Assembly (NCBI GenBank): GCA_043739185.1
Contig: JAYUEN010000246.1
Location: 1-14,978, forward strand
DNA length: 14,978 bases
Origin: Bdellovibrionales bacterium
GTDB lineage: Bacteria > Bdellovibrionota > Bdellovibrionia > Bdellovibrionales > JAMPXM01
Direction: 5' to 3'
In this document: piece by piece, positions 6,873-14,978 of the stretch
How positions within the stretch are numbered: position 1 is the stretch's first letter
How the letters are laid out: the number at the start of each line of letters is the position of its first letter
Notes under the pieces: model-generated
Told to the model about the DNA's origin: nothing
The model's input: only the letters and a program-made list of their open reading frames with translations
Databases searched by the model: none
Translations under genes and position numbers: made by a program

Positions 6873-9494
6873 TCATTCGTGTTTTTCAAATATACCTTGT
6901 AGCCGATTTTTTAGAGCTTCAATCTTATCCTGTTTCTCAGCACCTGCTTTTGTCGTCTTGGTCGGCAGGGCAGGAGTCTCTTGCTCTTCAACATCGTCCG
7001 GATCAACCGGACCATCATCTGCTTTTACTTTGATTTCTGGGGGAGCAATTCCTCGTAGTTTATCGCTTTCTTTCTTTGCCACATAAACTAGTGTTCTTTT
7101 AAGAATTTCTTGAATGCTATTTTGGGCGAAGTTAGCTTCTGGCGCTCTCAGATTTCCCTGAATTGAAAAAGGAATTCGAAAGCGCCCGGCAGCATCCGAG
7201 TTAGCCAGTTTTACATCGCCGCCAATCGGGGCGTCCGCCAAAAAAGCATTGCCTTCCAAATTCAGATTTTCTGATGGAATAGCAATACTTCCTTTGGCCT
7301 GAAGTTCATTTTTTCCTGGGGTTAGCAGCTTAAAATCTGAAATATTCATGATGGAGTCGGCAAAATTAAATAGCATTGAAATATCAGAGCCCATAGGAAT
7401 TCCCGTGGGCTTTGCTTTGCCGATCCCAGGAATTTGCGCAAGCTTTTCGTTGATTAAATCATCAATTCCGCGCTTTGAAATGAAGGCGTTCTTTAAGTGA
7501 ACGCGGCCCTTTGATTCAAAGTGTGCGAGTCGATCTTCGCTCTTAGGTAGTAATGCGCGAAAAGACAATTGGCCCGATGCCTCTCCTTTTACGAGCTCCC
7601 CTGAATCACTGTTCAATTGACCTACAAATCGATTGGCATCAATTTTTGAAAAGTCTGCTTCGCCACTAAATTCAGAAAGCTCGTTCTTATAGTTGTAGAC
7701 GAGATTCTTAAATTGAATTTCACCAGAATCTATTTTATTGATTTTGGCACTTCCATTAATATTTTCATCTGCCAGATTAAAACTACCATTGAGGCCTTCG
7801 GCTACCAGTCGATTGAACTGAAATTGACTTGCTAGCAAGTCAATTTTAAAATTATTGGATTTAAATTTTGGAAAATAAAATGAATAAGGCGTTTCTTCGC
7901 TTGATCCCGGCGCTGGCTCTGTTGGTTGACTCTTGTTAGAATTTTCAATTTGAGAGGTCGCACTTTGTAATTGGCTCAACTTAAAATTAGCAGAGCCGTT
8001 AATACTGAGTGCCGTTTTTGTATGAAGCTTACCATAGGGACCCTTGATTTCGGCATTCAAATCAAAAGGACCCTTAAACTGATATCTATGGTCCTGAGAG
8101 GTATATTGCAAATTTCCCTTTAGTCGTTCGAGTTTTAGCGTTTGAATATTGAGATCAAAATCATTCTCTGAGAGTTCATTGATATAGGAATCGAGAGAAA
8201 AAATCCCGCTAAGCGGCGCCCCTCCAAAAAAAGTAAAATACTTCTCCCAATCTGAAAGGCTTGTGGGGCGAATTGAAAAATGAAGCTTGGTCGCACTTTG
8301 TTTGTTAAAAGAAAGGGCGCCATCTAAATGTGCATTGAGAGTTAAGAAATCAAAATTAAAATCTTGGACATCAAAGATTTGGTCCTGCCCAGAAAGCTTG
8401 AACATCAACGACATTGGCACTTGTTTTGGCTTATTAAAAAATCCCGAATTTCTGACTTCTAAATCATTGAGATTCGCGTTCAAATCCAATGAGGATATTC
8501 TAAAAGATTTGGCATATGAAAATTTTGAATCCAGATCAATAAGTATTGGACCTTCTAACTCCAGTTGTTCTTGCTTGAAATCGAGATCGGCAGATAAAGC
8601 CTTGGTTTTTAAATCGCCAAAGACTTGCCAATCAAGCTCTGAACTGAGAGAAGCTGAAATATTTGCTTTTAGTGCGCCCTTAAAATTCTTCAAATGTTCT
8701 ACGTGAGGTGGATTGCTCAACTTTGATAAGTCTGAGGACTCACTTACGAGCTTCCAGTCTGCGGTATTTTCGAGAAAATTTTGTTGTCCTTCAAAGCTAA
8801 AATTGATGCCGGAAATCAGCCCGGAGCTAGGACTCACAGATAAAATTTGATCTTTGTATGTAAATTGGCCGTTCATTTCAAAAGGCAAGCCAAGTGCGGG
8901 CTTAAATCTTGTCATTTTAGCTTTAACATTGAAACTCCAGTCCTTATCAATTCCTGGAATATTCACTTCAAAATCAAGGGGATCGAAGGAAGTTTCGTTT
9001 TCAAACTGTGCTTCAGTGCTAATTTGCGTGATTTTGATTTTAGCTCTTTCGACCTTGAGCTCTAAGTTAAAATCTCGACCAAACTTAAATTGAGTTCGAG
9101 TTACAAACTCTGGTTTATTAGGTTTCTGATCAGAAGCCTGAGCCCGCAATTCATAATTAAAACGTGGGTCTTCGACTTTCATTCGAATGGGACCAAAAGG
9201 TATTTTTCGATTAAACAAACTCTTGTTAAGAGGTATTTCAATATAGATTTTGGCGATATCGACTTTAAGATTGGGATCTTTGAGGTCAAATTTTAAGCCT
9301 GTCGCAGCGATTGAAATTTTAGGTAAAATGAGTACTCTCAAATCCCGAATTTGAACAGGAGTACCTAGTAGTTCAGAAGACTTTTGCTGAATCATTTCTT
9401 TTACTTTGGGAGACAAATAATACTTGGCGTACATCAGGCCACCGCTAATGCTCATAGCTGAGGAAACAACTATATATATTAAAAAATTTTTCAT
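6873..9494 (-). CDS. AsmA-like envelope protein (repeating beta-groove lipid-bridge superfamily)
   Basis: 873 aa with a single N-terminal TM. AsmA-like start (IQQKSSELLGTPVQIRDLRVLILP), long amphipathic beta-strand pattern, and C-terminal GSIAIPSENLNLEG...IPFSIQGNLRAP as in AsmA_2 domains. Start overlaps the ltaE stop. Confidence 0.7.
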   Translation of the reverse strand: MKNFLIYIVVSSAMSISGGLMYAKYYLSPKVKEMIQQKSSELLGTPVQIRDLRVLILPKISIAATGLKFDLKDPNLKVDIAKIYIEIPLNKSLFNRKIPFGPIRMKVEDPRFNYELRAQASDQKPNKPEFVTRTQFKFGRDFNLELKVERAKIKITQISTEAQFENETSFDPLDFEVNIPGIDKDWSFNVKAKMTRFKPALGLPFEMNGQFTYKDQILSVSPSSGLISGINFSFEGQQNFLENTADWKLVSESSDLSKLSNPPHVEHLKNFKGALKANISASLSSELDWQVFGDLKTKALSADLDFKQEQLELEGPILIDLDSKFSYAKSFRISSLDLNANLNDLEVRNSGFFNKPKQVPMSLMFKLSGQDQIFDVQDFNFDFLTLNAHLDGALSFNKQSATKLHFSIRPTSLSDWEKYFTFFGGAPLSGIFSLDSYINELSENDFDLNIQTLKLERLKGNLQYTSQDHRYQFKGPFDLNAEIKGPYGKLHTKTALSINGSANFKLSQLQSATSQIENSNKSQPTEPAPGSSEETPYSFYFPKFKSNNFKIDLLASQFQFNRLVAEGLNGSFNLADENINGSAKINKIDSGEIQFKNLVYNYKNELSEFSGEADFSKIDANRFVGQLNSDSGELVKGEASGQLSFRALLPKSEDRLAHFESKGRVHLKNAFISKRGIDDLINEKLAQIPGIGKAKPTGIPMGSDISMLFNFADSIMNISDFKLLTPGKNELQAKGSIAIPSENLNLEGNAFLADAPIGGDVKLANSDAAGRFRIPFSIQGNLRAPEANFAQNSIQEILKRTLVYVAKKESDKLRGIAPPEIKVKADDGPVDPDDVEEQETPALPTKTTKAGAEKQDKIEALKNRLQGIFEKHE

Positions 9495-10528
9495 TTTTGT
9501 CTTTGCCTCAGGAGTTCTTTAGTTTTAATTCCGAATTTTTGAATGTCTTCTTCACGAGAATCAAAACCAGTCATGAGACGCGCTTCAAAGTTTGTTTCAT
9601 TCCAAATATAAAAAAAATGATGTTTTTTCAATTCATGAACTATTTCTTTTGGGAAAAGGGCGAATACAGCGTTAGACTCCGTTGCCTGAGTAATTTGGAT
9701 TTCGGGCATTTCAAGCAAACTCGCCCTCATCAGTTGCGCCATCGCAAGGCTGTGTTTTGAAATCTCTTTCCAGAGGTCTGTGCATAACCAGGCTTCAAAT
9801 TGGGCCGCTACAAATCTAGTCTTACTTGCAAGTTGCATACATTGTTTGCGTTTAAATTTAAAATCCTTTGCTAAGTGTTTATTTAAAATAACCACTGCTT
9901 CGCCAAATAAAAGTCCATTTTTTGTCCCGCCCAAAGACACCACATCCATATATTGGGTCAATTCGTTTAAGCTTGTACTCAAATGAGTTGCAGCGTTTAC
10001 GAGTCTTGATCCGTCCATGTGAAGATAAAGAGAATTTTTATCGGCAAATTGTTTGAGTTCTCGTAGTTCATCAAGAGTGTATACTGTGCCATACTCGGTT
10101 GGCTGCGTAATCGAAATACCAACTATTTGAGAAGCATGTTGGTCGCCCTTTCGAATTAAATAAGGCTTTAAAGCTTGGGGGCTTAGCTTTGCATTTGAAC
10201 TAGGAATGGCGATAAGCTTACAGCCCAAAAGTTTTTCGGGGGCACCACATTCATCTACCCAAAGATGCGATGTGTTCGCCGTTAATATCGCGTGATAAGA
10301 ATTCGCAAAGCAAGAAAGTGCTAGAACATTGGCCGCGGTGCCATTGAATACAAAATGAATTTCAGAATCCTTTGTGAAATGCGATTTCATTTTTTGAATT
10401 ACACCGAGGGTATAATCATCTGTTCCGTAGGAGGCGGAATGCCCAAAATTAACAGCGGCCAAAGATTCTAGAATCTTTGGGTGAACCCCGGAGTGGTTGT
10501 CGCTGCCAAAATGAGTTGTCAAATCCAA
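9491..10528 (-). CDS. ltaE: Low-specificity L-threonine aldolase (PLP-dependent)
   Basis: FGSDNHSG, YGTD, FNGTAANVLAL, HLWVDECGAPE, TQPTEYGTVY, LHMDGSRL, SLGGTKNG (PLP Lys). Start placed at TTG 10528, after SD AAGGGAGA (10540-10533). The ORF-track start at 10555 overlaps hutG. Confidence 0.88.
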   Translation of the reverse strand: MDLTTHFGSDNHSGVHPKILESLAAVNFGHSASYGTDDYTLGVIQKMKSHFTKDSEIHFVFNGTAANVLALSCFANSYHAILTANTSHLWVDECGAPEKLLGCKLIAIPSSNAKLSPQALKPYLIRKGDQHASQIVGISITQPTEYGTVYTLDELRELKQFADKNSLYLHMDGSRLVNAATHLSTSLNELTQYMDVVSLGGTKNGLLFGEAVVILNKHLAKDFKFKRKQCMQLASKTRFVAAQFEAWLCTDLWKEISKHSLAMAQLMRASLLEMPEIQITQATESNAVFALFPKEIVHELKKHHFFYIWNETNFEARLMTGFDSREEDIQKFGIKTKELLRQRQK

Positions 10529-10538
10529 AATTTCTCCC

Positions 10539-11486
10539 TTATATTGCAAATACAAATTTGTGCATGATCAGTGCTGCTAGTTTCGAGGTTTGATTGTCTT
10601 GATCGAGAGGCGGTGAGCACTCATAAATTCCAATGCCTCGAACATCGAGGCGTTTATTCAAAATGGAGGTCAACTGAAAAAACTCATCGATTTGAAAACC
10701 GGTGGCAAAGCTTTGACTGCAACCAGGAGCATAGGCACTTGAAAACCCATCAATGTCGATTGAGAGAAAGCACTTTCTCCGCTTGGTTATCAAGTGGGAA
10801 AGTCTTTTAATACAATAGCTACTTAGATTTTCACCCGAAAGCCTGAAGTCATCATACTTTAAAACTTCGACCTGATGTTCTCTTGAATAATCAAAGTGAG
10901 CTAAGGAATTGCATTGGGCTTGTATGCCGATTTGAACTAAATCTATTTCTTGGTATTTCTCGAGAATTCTAAAAAATGGTGTACCGCTATTGATTCCATT
11001 TTCAGTGGAGCGAACGTCAAGATGGGCATCAAAATTGATAATGAGCGGGCGATCCTCACAAGTTTCAATGAAGGCCGAGACATCGGCGAAGGCGTAGTCG
11101 TGGCCTCCGCCGAGTGCAATCCATTTGTAGTTGTTTTTAAGAGCTTGGGTTGCTATCTCTTTGGCTTTTTCGTGTCGCATTTCGAGTTCAAATTTTTGAA
11201 TCTCAAGGTCGCCCAGATCGCCCAAATCAAATTTCATTTGTGCTGCCGGAGTCATTTTATAAAAGAATTCACGAATTTTGTATGGTGCAAGGGCCGCTCC
11301 CAAGCGCCCTGAATTATTTTTTATACCTTCATCATCGGGATAGCCGGCAATTAAGAAATAGTCTTTTTGATCTTTTTGCATTTCAAAAAAATTGTAATCC
11401 AAAGCGATGACTTTTTCGCCCAAGCGGAGGTCATTTGATTTCTGACTCTTGAAAAATAATTTTGCATCTGTTTTTTTGAATATCAA
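10539..11486 (-). CDS. hutG: Formimidoylglutamase (arginase/ureohydrolase family)
   Basis: GYPDDEGIKNNSGRLGAALAP, GGGHDYAF, INFDAHLDVR, NSGTPF, SIDIDG..AYAPGCS and ECSPPLD..TSKLAA are HutG-type variants of the arginase metal motifs. TTG start. Confidence 0.88.
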   Translation of the reverse strand: MIFKKTDAKLFFKSQKSNDLRLGEKVIALDYNFFEMQKDQKDYFLIAGYPDDEGIKNNSGRLGAALAPYKIREFFYKMTPAAQMKFDLGDLGDLEIQKFELEMRHEKAKEIATQALKNNYKWIALGGGHDYAFADVSAFIETCEDRPLIINFDAHLDVRSTENGINSGTPFFRILEKYQEIDLVQIGIQAQCNSLAHFDYSREHQVEVLKYDDFRLSGENLSSYCIKRLSHLITKRRKCFLSIDIDGFSSAYAPGCSQSFATGFQIDEFFQLTSILNKRLDVRGIGIYECSPPLDQDNQTSKLAALIMHKFVFAI

Positions 11487-11507
11487 TTTCAGCTCGCTTT
11501 AAGTAAA

Positions 11508-11536
11508 AGTATATAATCACTGTACTTTTTGGTCAA
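11508..11536 (-). promoter_or_regulatory. Sigma-70 promoter of the hutG-ltaE-asmA-like operon
   Basis: Minus strand TTGACC (11536-11531), 17-nt spacer, TATACT (11513-11508). Overlapped by inverted repeat AAAAGTA-N11-TACTTTT (11505-11529). Confidence 0.65.
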
Positions 11537-11565
11537 AGCTCTTTAATTTTCAATTCAATCCATGA

Positions 11566-12639
11566 CTATGAGCGGGCCAGCTTTTGAAGAGCCCAATCAC
11601 AAAGTTCGGAAAAATAAGGATTGGATTTGTAAGAGGAGATCAAGCTAGAGAGTTCGATGAGCTCACGATTGGCGGCAACTATAATGGCATTGCGCTTTAA
11701 TTTATTGCCACTGGCCCTTGATAAGCTTGAGTCTCGAAAATTTTTCGCTAGAGCTTTATTTGAACTTTCTAAAATAAAGCTTAAGTCCGTAATAAGATCT
11801 TCTTTTTTAGAATCTTGGTTTTCGATTTCAATTTCATTTTTATAAAACTTAATATTCCAGGGGCAAACGCTTTGGCACAGATCACAGCCAAATAGCCAGT
11901 CTCCTATTTGCGATCTTAAGCTGGGCGAGGGGATTTCTTTACTTTCAATTGTCAGATAGGATATGCATTTCCTGGCATCGAGATTTCTCACGTTGAGGGC
12001 GCCGGTCGGACAAATATCAATGCATCGCCTACAAGTTCCACAATGATCAGATTGAATTTGTTTATTTGGATCTAGCTTTAAAGTGGTATAAATCTCGGCG
12101 ATAAAAAAGAGACTGCCTCGTTTTGGGTGAATGATGCAGGTGTTTTTACCATACCAACCAAGTCCAGCACGTTGAGCGAGGTCACGTTCAAGTACAGGAC
12201 CAGAGTCAACAAAGCCTACGAAACTTTCTTCAGGAAATTGAATTTTTAATTCCTCACAAAGTTCATTCAAAGTAAGGCCAATCCAGTGGTGATAATCTTT
12301 GCCGCGAGAGTAAAGTGCAGTGCGAGCTCCCTTGAGCTGTCTTTCTCTCTCGGGGTAGGGGTGGGGTAAATATGAAAATGACAAAACAATCGCTGAGCGC
12401 GCTTTCGGTAGTAGCGCTTGAGGATTTTCCTTCTTGGGTACATGATTTTTAAGGTATTCCATTTCTCCGTATTGCGAGCTTTTGATCCAATCAAGATAAA
12501 AGTCCATAGTAAGGGGACGGGTGAGCTCAGTGAATCCAAAGCGCTCAAGATTTTTAGATTCAAGAATCTTCGTGAGCTTTTCAGACATATTTTGCTTTAT
12601 TGCACCAGGATTTAGTTTTGCAGGCATTGTTTTGACCAA
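11566..12639 (-). CDS. queG: tRNA epoxyqueuosine(34) reductase QueG
   Basis: GEMEYL, YSRGKDYH, FVDSGPVLERDLAQRAGLGWYGKN, CGTCRRCIDICPTGAL, DARKCISYLTIE, FGCDLCQSVCPWN. The start is uncertain (ATG at 12627 or 12588 also possible). Confidence 0.95.
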   Translation of the reverse strand: MVKTMPAKLNPGAIKQNMSEKLTKILESKNLERFGFTELTRPLTMDFYLDWIKSSQYGEMEYLKNHVPKKENPQALLPKARSAIVLSFSYLPHPYPERERQLKGARTALYSRGKDYHHWIGLTLNELCEELKIQFPEESFVGFVDSGPVLERDLAQRAGLGWYGKNTCIIHPKRGSLFFIAEIYTTLKLDPNKQIQSDHCGTCRRCIDICPTGALNVRNLDARKCISYLTIESKEIPSPSLRSQIGDWLFGCDLCQSVCPWNIKFYKNEIEIENQDSKKEDLITDLSFILESSNKALAKNFRDSSLSRASGNKLKRNAIIVAANRELIELSSLISSYKSNPYFSELCDWALQKLARS

Positions 12640-12690
12640 GCTAAAATTTTAAACTTTGTGAGACTTGATTTTTAAGATAGCCTATTTTCA

Positions 12691-13956
12691 ATGCGGAATG
12701 TAGTTAGCAATCTAGATATTTTCAATTCTCATCCAGCTTGGCCTGAAGTCCAGAAGATTTGGGCAAACCTCAATGCAAATGGCTTTGAAGCCTTGCTTGC
12801 TGGGGGTTGCGTTCGAGACTTGATAATGCATCGAGTTCCAAAAGATTTTGATATTGCCACCAATGCCACTCCTGATGAAGTTGCAAAATTGTATCCGAAA
12901 GCCCTAAGCGTCGGTAGAGAGTTCGGGGTCATAATACTTGCCTATGAGAATTTTCAAATTGAGATTGCCAGCTTTCGAAGGGATGGTCCCTATTTGGATG
13001 GCAGGCGTCCAAGTCATATTGTTTTAGCAACTCCTGAAGAAGATGCGCGCCGGAGGGATTTTACTGTCAATGCACTCTTTTTTAATATTGGCAGCTTAGA
13101 AGTCATCGATTATGTAGATGGTGTTAAGGACATTCAAGCAAAACTCATTAAGGCTGTAGGCGACCCGGCGCTTCGATTCACAGAGGACAAGCTTCGAATG
13201 TTGCGAGCCCTGAGATTCTCATCCCAGCTCGATTTTGAAATTGAAGCTAGTACCCTAAGAGCTATTTCAGAAAAGCGAAATGAACTCGGCCAAGTTTCAA
13301 GTGAACGCATTACAGATGAGATTTGCAAATGGCTAAATTGTTCGAATCTCTTGCCATGCTTGAACGGACTTTGGACTACTGGACTTTTAAAGCGCTTGCA
13401 TTCAAATTTTGAGAAGTATTTTGACCAATCCGCTTATGACGATCTCACTAGTTACTTTAGCACCAGTCTTATAAATATTTCCATAAGCGTTAAATTGTGC
13501 CTATTGTTTTCTTGTTTTGTTAAGAAAAACCAAGACATTGAATTCGATGATTTAAAGCATAGCCTTAAGAGTATGAAATTCTCGAAAGATCAGATTTCAG
13601 AAGTGCTTTGGATACTAAAGTATTACTTTAAATTTTTTAATTTTAAAGATTTGGCGCTTTATGAGCAAATAGAAATATGTGCTCATAGTTCAGTTTCATC
13701 TTTAAGGGATTTCAGTCGAATTGTTAATCCATCACTTTCAAAATCCTTAGAACCTCAATTTTTGCTAATAAACAAAGAATATTTAGTAAATGCTAAATTA
13801 CCAAAAGCTTTTTTAGATGGTGAAAGCTTAAAAGCTCTGGGCTTCAAACCTGGCCGCGAAATGGGTGAGGCGCTAAAAGAAATTTATCGACTACAAATTG
13901 AAAAAAAAATAACGACGCCGCAAGAGGCTCTTAACTTTGCAAAACGAAAACTCTGA
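12691..13956 (+). CDS. cca: CCA tRNA nucleotidyltransferase (class II)
   Basis: AGGCVRD..DFDIAT, intact flexible loop FRRDGPYLDGRRP, EDARRRDFTVNAL, RFTEDKLRMLRALRF, SERITDE, C-terminal LDG..LKALGFKPG..MG. Lacks the poly(A) polymerase signature. No HD domain evident. Confidence 0.88.
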   Translation: MRNVVSNLDIFNSHPAWPEVQKIWANLNANGFEALLAGGCVRDLIMHRVPKDFDIATNATPDEVAKLYPKALSVGREFGVIILAYENFQIEIASFRRDGPYLDGRRPSHIVLATPEEDARRRDFTVNALFFNIGSLEVIDYVDGVKDIQAKLIKAVGDPALRFTEDKLRMLRALRFSSQLDFEIEASTLRAISEKRNELGQVSSERITDEICKWLNCSNLLPCLNGLWTTGLLKRLHSNFEKYFDQSAYDDLTSYFSTSLINISISVKLCLLFSCFVKKNQDIEFDDLKHSLKSMKFSKDQISEVLWILKYYFKFFNFKDLALYEQIEICAHSSVSSLRDFSRIVNPSLSKSLEPQFLLINKEYLVNAKLPKAFLDGESLKALGFKPGREMGEALKEIYRLQIEKKITTPQEALNFAKRKL

Positions 13957-14038
13957 AAATAGACTTTTTGTTGTAACAAATAAGAGCCAATATATTCCGG
14001 TCCTAAATCGAGGACTTGATCTTGAAGGCAGATAGGTT

Positions 14039-14218
14039 CTAGTTTTTTTTAGATGTTTTTGATTTTTTAGCGGCATGCTCCCGCCAATTATAGTCTGAAT
14101 CCTTAAAGCGATTTTGCCAGTCTTGCCACTTTTTATCGGTAAATTTATGGCGAACTTGGCCCTTTTCATCAAAAATTTCTGGATCTTTTCCAAATAAAAA
14201 ATCAAGAATTGCCTTCAT
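14039..14218 (-). CDS. Small hypothetical protein (59 aa)
   Basis: ATG 14218 preceded by SD GAGGAG (14231-14226). Sequence MKAILDFLFGKDPEIFDEKGQVRHKFTDKKWQDWQNRFKDSDYNWREHAAKKSKTSKKN. Confidence 0.7.
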   Translation of the reverse strand: MKAILDFLFGKDPEIFDEKGQVRHKFTDKKWQDWQNRFKDSDYNWREHAAKKSKTSKKN

Positions 14219-14470
14219 TTTAGGACTCCTCGTTTGAGTCCTATCAAAACACAATGAAGAAATCTTGGCAAAGGCTTTGATGATTTACTGATAGCCGCCG
14301 CGTTTAATGACAAAGGGATGAGCTGAGTCCAAATCGAAATAGCCTATTGGAGTGGTACTTTGAGTAAAATAACAATCAGGACGGTCCGAAATATTGGGAA
14401 TGTTCAGAGATGTAGAGGGGCCACCTCCATTGGCCTGAATTAAGGCGGGAAGTTGCGGCTTTAAATAAAA

Positions 14471-14749
14471 TTATGTATCAGAGCATTTAGTTTGATTTAC
14501 GCAGTCATCGGCAAAATCAATTTGGCGATCTTTGAAATCTTCGCGCTTCATATTCGAATGCCTTTCGCGAAGCAGCTCCGAGCGCTTTGCAAGACATTGT
14601 GCTGAAACTTTCTCGAGGGCGGCTTCGTAAGTGGCCCGTGCTTTTATAACGCCTATTTCGGGCGACTCGAAAACACAGGTGGTTGCCTTGGCTTGAGCTG
14701 AAAGTGCGCCGAATATGATTTGCAATACGATTAGGATTTTCTTAAACAT
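14471..14749 (-). CDS. Small secreted hypothetical protein (92 aa, four Cys)
   Basis: Perfect SD AAGGAGG (14762-14756) 6 nt before ATG 14749. Signal peptide MFKKILIVLQIIFGALSAQA. Four Cys in the mature part. Confidence 0.75.
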   Translation of the reverse strand: MFKKILIVLQIIFGALSAQAKATTCVFESPEIGVIKARATYEAALEKVSAQCLAKRSELLRERHSNMKREDFKDRQIDFADDCVNQTKCSDT

Positions 14750-14897
14750 CTCAGACCTCCTTGAGGGACTCATCTTTAACTATTGCAAGCCTAAGCCATC
14801 TTGCTCAGCCATTAATTGATTTTGAGGAGGACATTACTGGAGGCTCCCAAAGCGGGCGTGCCAGCTGTCAAAAACTTAGACAGGCTTGTGTCTCTTT

Positions 14898-14978
14898 CTA
14901 CTTTTTGTTGGTCCAGTTTGAACTCTTAGAATTCAGAGCGGTTTTAACGGCAGCAGCAGCAGTCAACTGCCTGGCAGT
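14898..14978 (-). CDS. Possible 3' end of a CDS entering from beyond the window
   Basis: Open frame TARQLTAAAAVKTALNSKSSNWTNKK ending in TAG at 14900-14898. Too short to identify. Confidence 0.3.
   Translation of the reverse strand, partial: TARQLTAAAAVKTALNSKSSNWTNKK

Noticed and set aside
11505..11529. HutC operator upstream of hutG
   Set aside because: The repeat does not match the compact TGTA-Nx-TACA HutC palindrome, and no hutC is nearby.
12691..13956. Poly(A) polymerase, or split CC-/A-adding enzyme
   Set aside because: SVGREFGVIIL does not match the PAP G[RK][RK]F signature, and the flexible loop RRDGPYLDGRRP is intact and of CCA type.
689..14205. Short antisense or nested ORFs in the track (e.g. 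689-916, 8287-8706, 10950-11312, 12267-12563, 13891-14205)
   Set aside because: They overlap well-supported genes and show no recognisable motifs. Treated as shadow ORFs.
14266..14281. Plus-strand TTGGCAAAGGCTTTGAT as a sigma-54 promoter or c-di-GMP riboswitch fragment
   Set aside because: The -12 element is TTGA rather than TTGC, with no downstream gene or terminator. The riboswitch P2/GAAA architecture is absent.
14784..14798. Sigma-54-like TGGCTTAGGCTTGCA upstream of the 92-aa gene
   Set aside because: Spacing is GG-N9-GC, one base short of the strictly required N10.
14849..14863. Perfect -24 box TGGCACG on the minus strand
   Set aside because: No GC at the -12 position.
1..14978. CRISPR arrays, IS or prophage elements, defence systems, tRNA/rRNA
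   Set aside because: No spaced repeats, transposase, integrase or nuclease motifs, or cloverleaf structures were seen.

Overview
AT-rich, gene-dense bacterial window made mostly of housekeeping and envelope genes. The gene set and small secreted orphan proteins suggest a Bdellovibrionota-like organism (inference only). In order: 5' part of lptD (-), CHASE2 class III nucleotidyl cyclase (-), STAS protein (+), Rsm22/METTL17-like methyltransferase (-), secreted hypothetical protein and bcp (+), a hutG-ltaE-AsmA-like operon (-), queG (-), CCA-adding enzyme (+), and two small proteins (-). I found no mobile element, CRISPR array, rRNA or tRNA. The strongest unannotated signal lies in the 5286-5581 intergenic region: an apparently complete ~88-nt non-coding transcription unit on the minus strand. 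It has a correctly spaced sigma-54 promoter, a hairpin with a C-rich loop, a single-stranded anti-Shine-Dalgarno tract and a strong intrinsic terminator with another C-rich loop. Its core can pair at 16 of 17 positions with the SD-to-AUG region of the small secreted-protein gene at 14471-14749, which suggests an sRNA-target circuit. Secondary points are the conserved METTL17-type four-Cys Fe-S motif in the Rsm22 homolog, a ~230-aa insertion in the CHASE2 sensor, and an SD-occluding hairpin before a 59-aa ORF.
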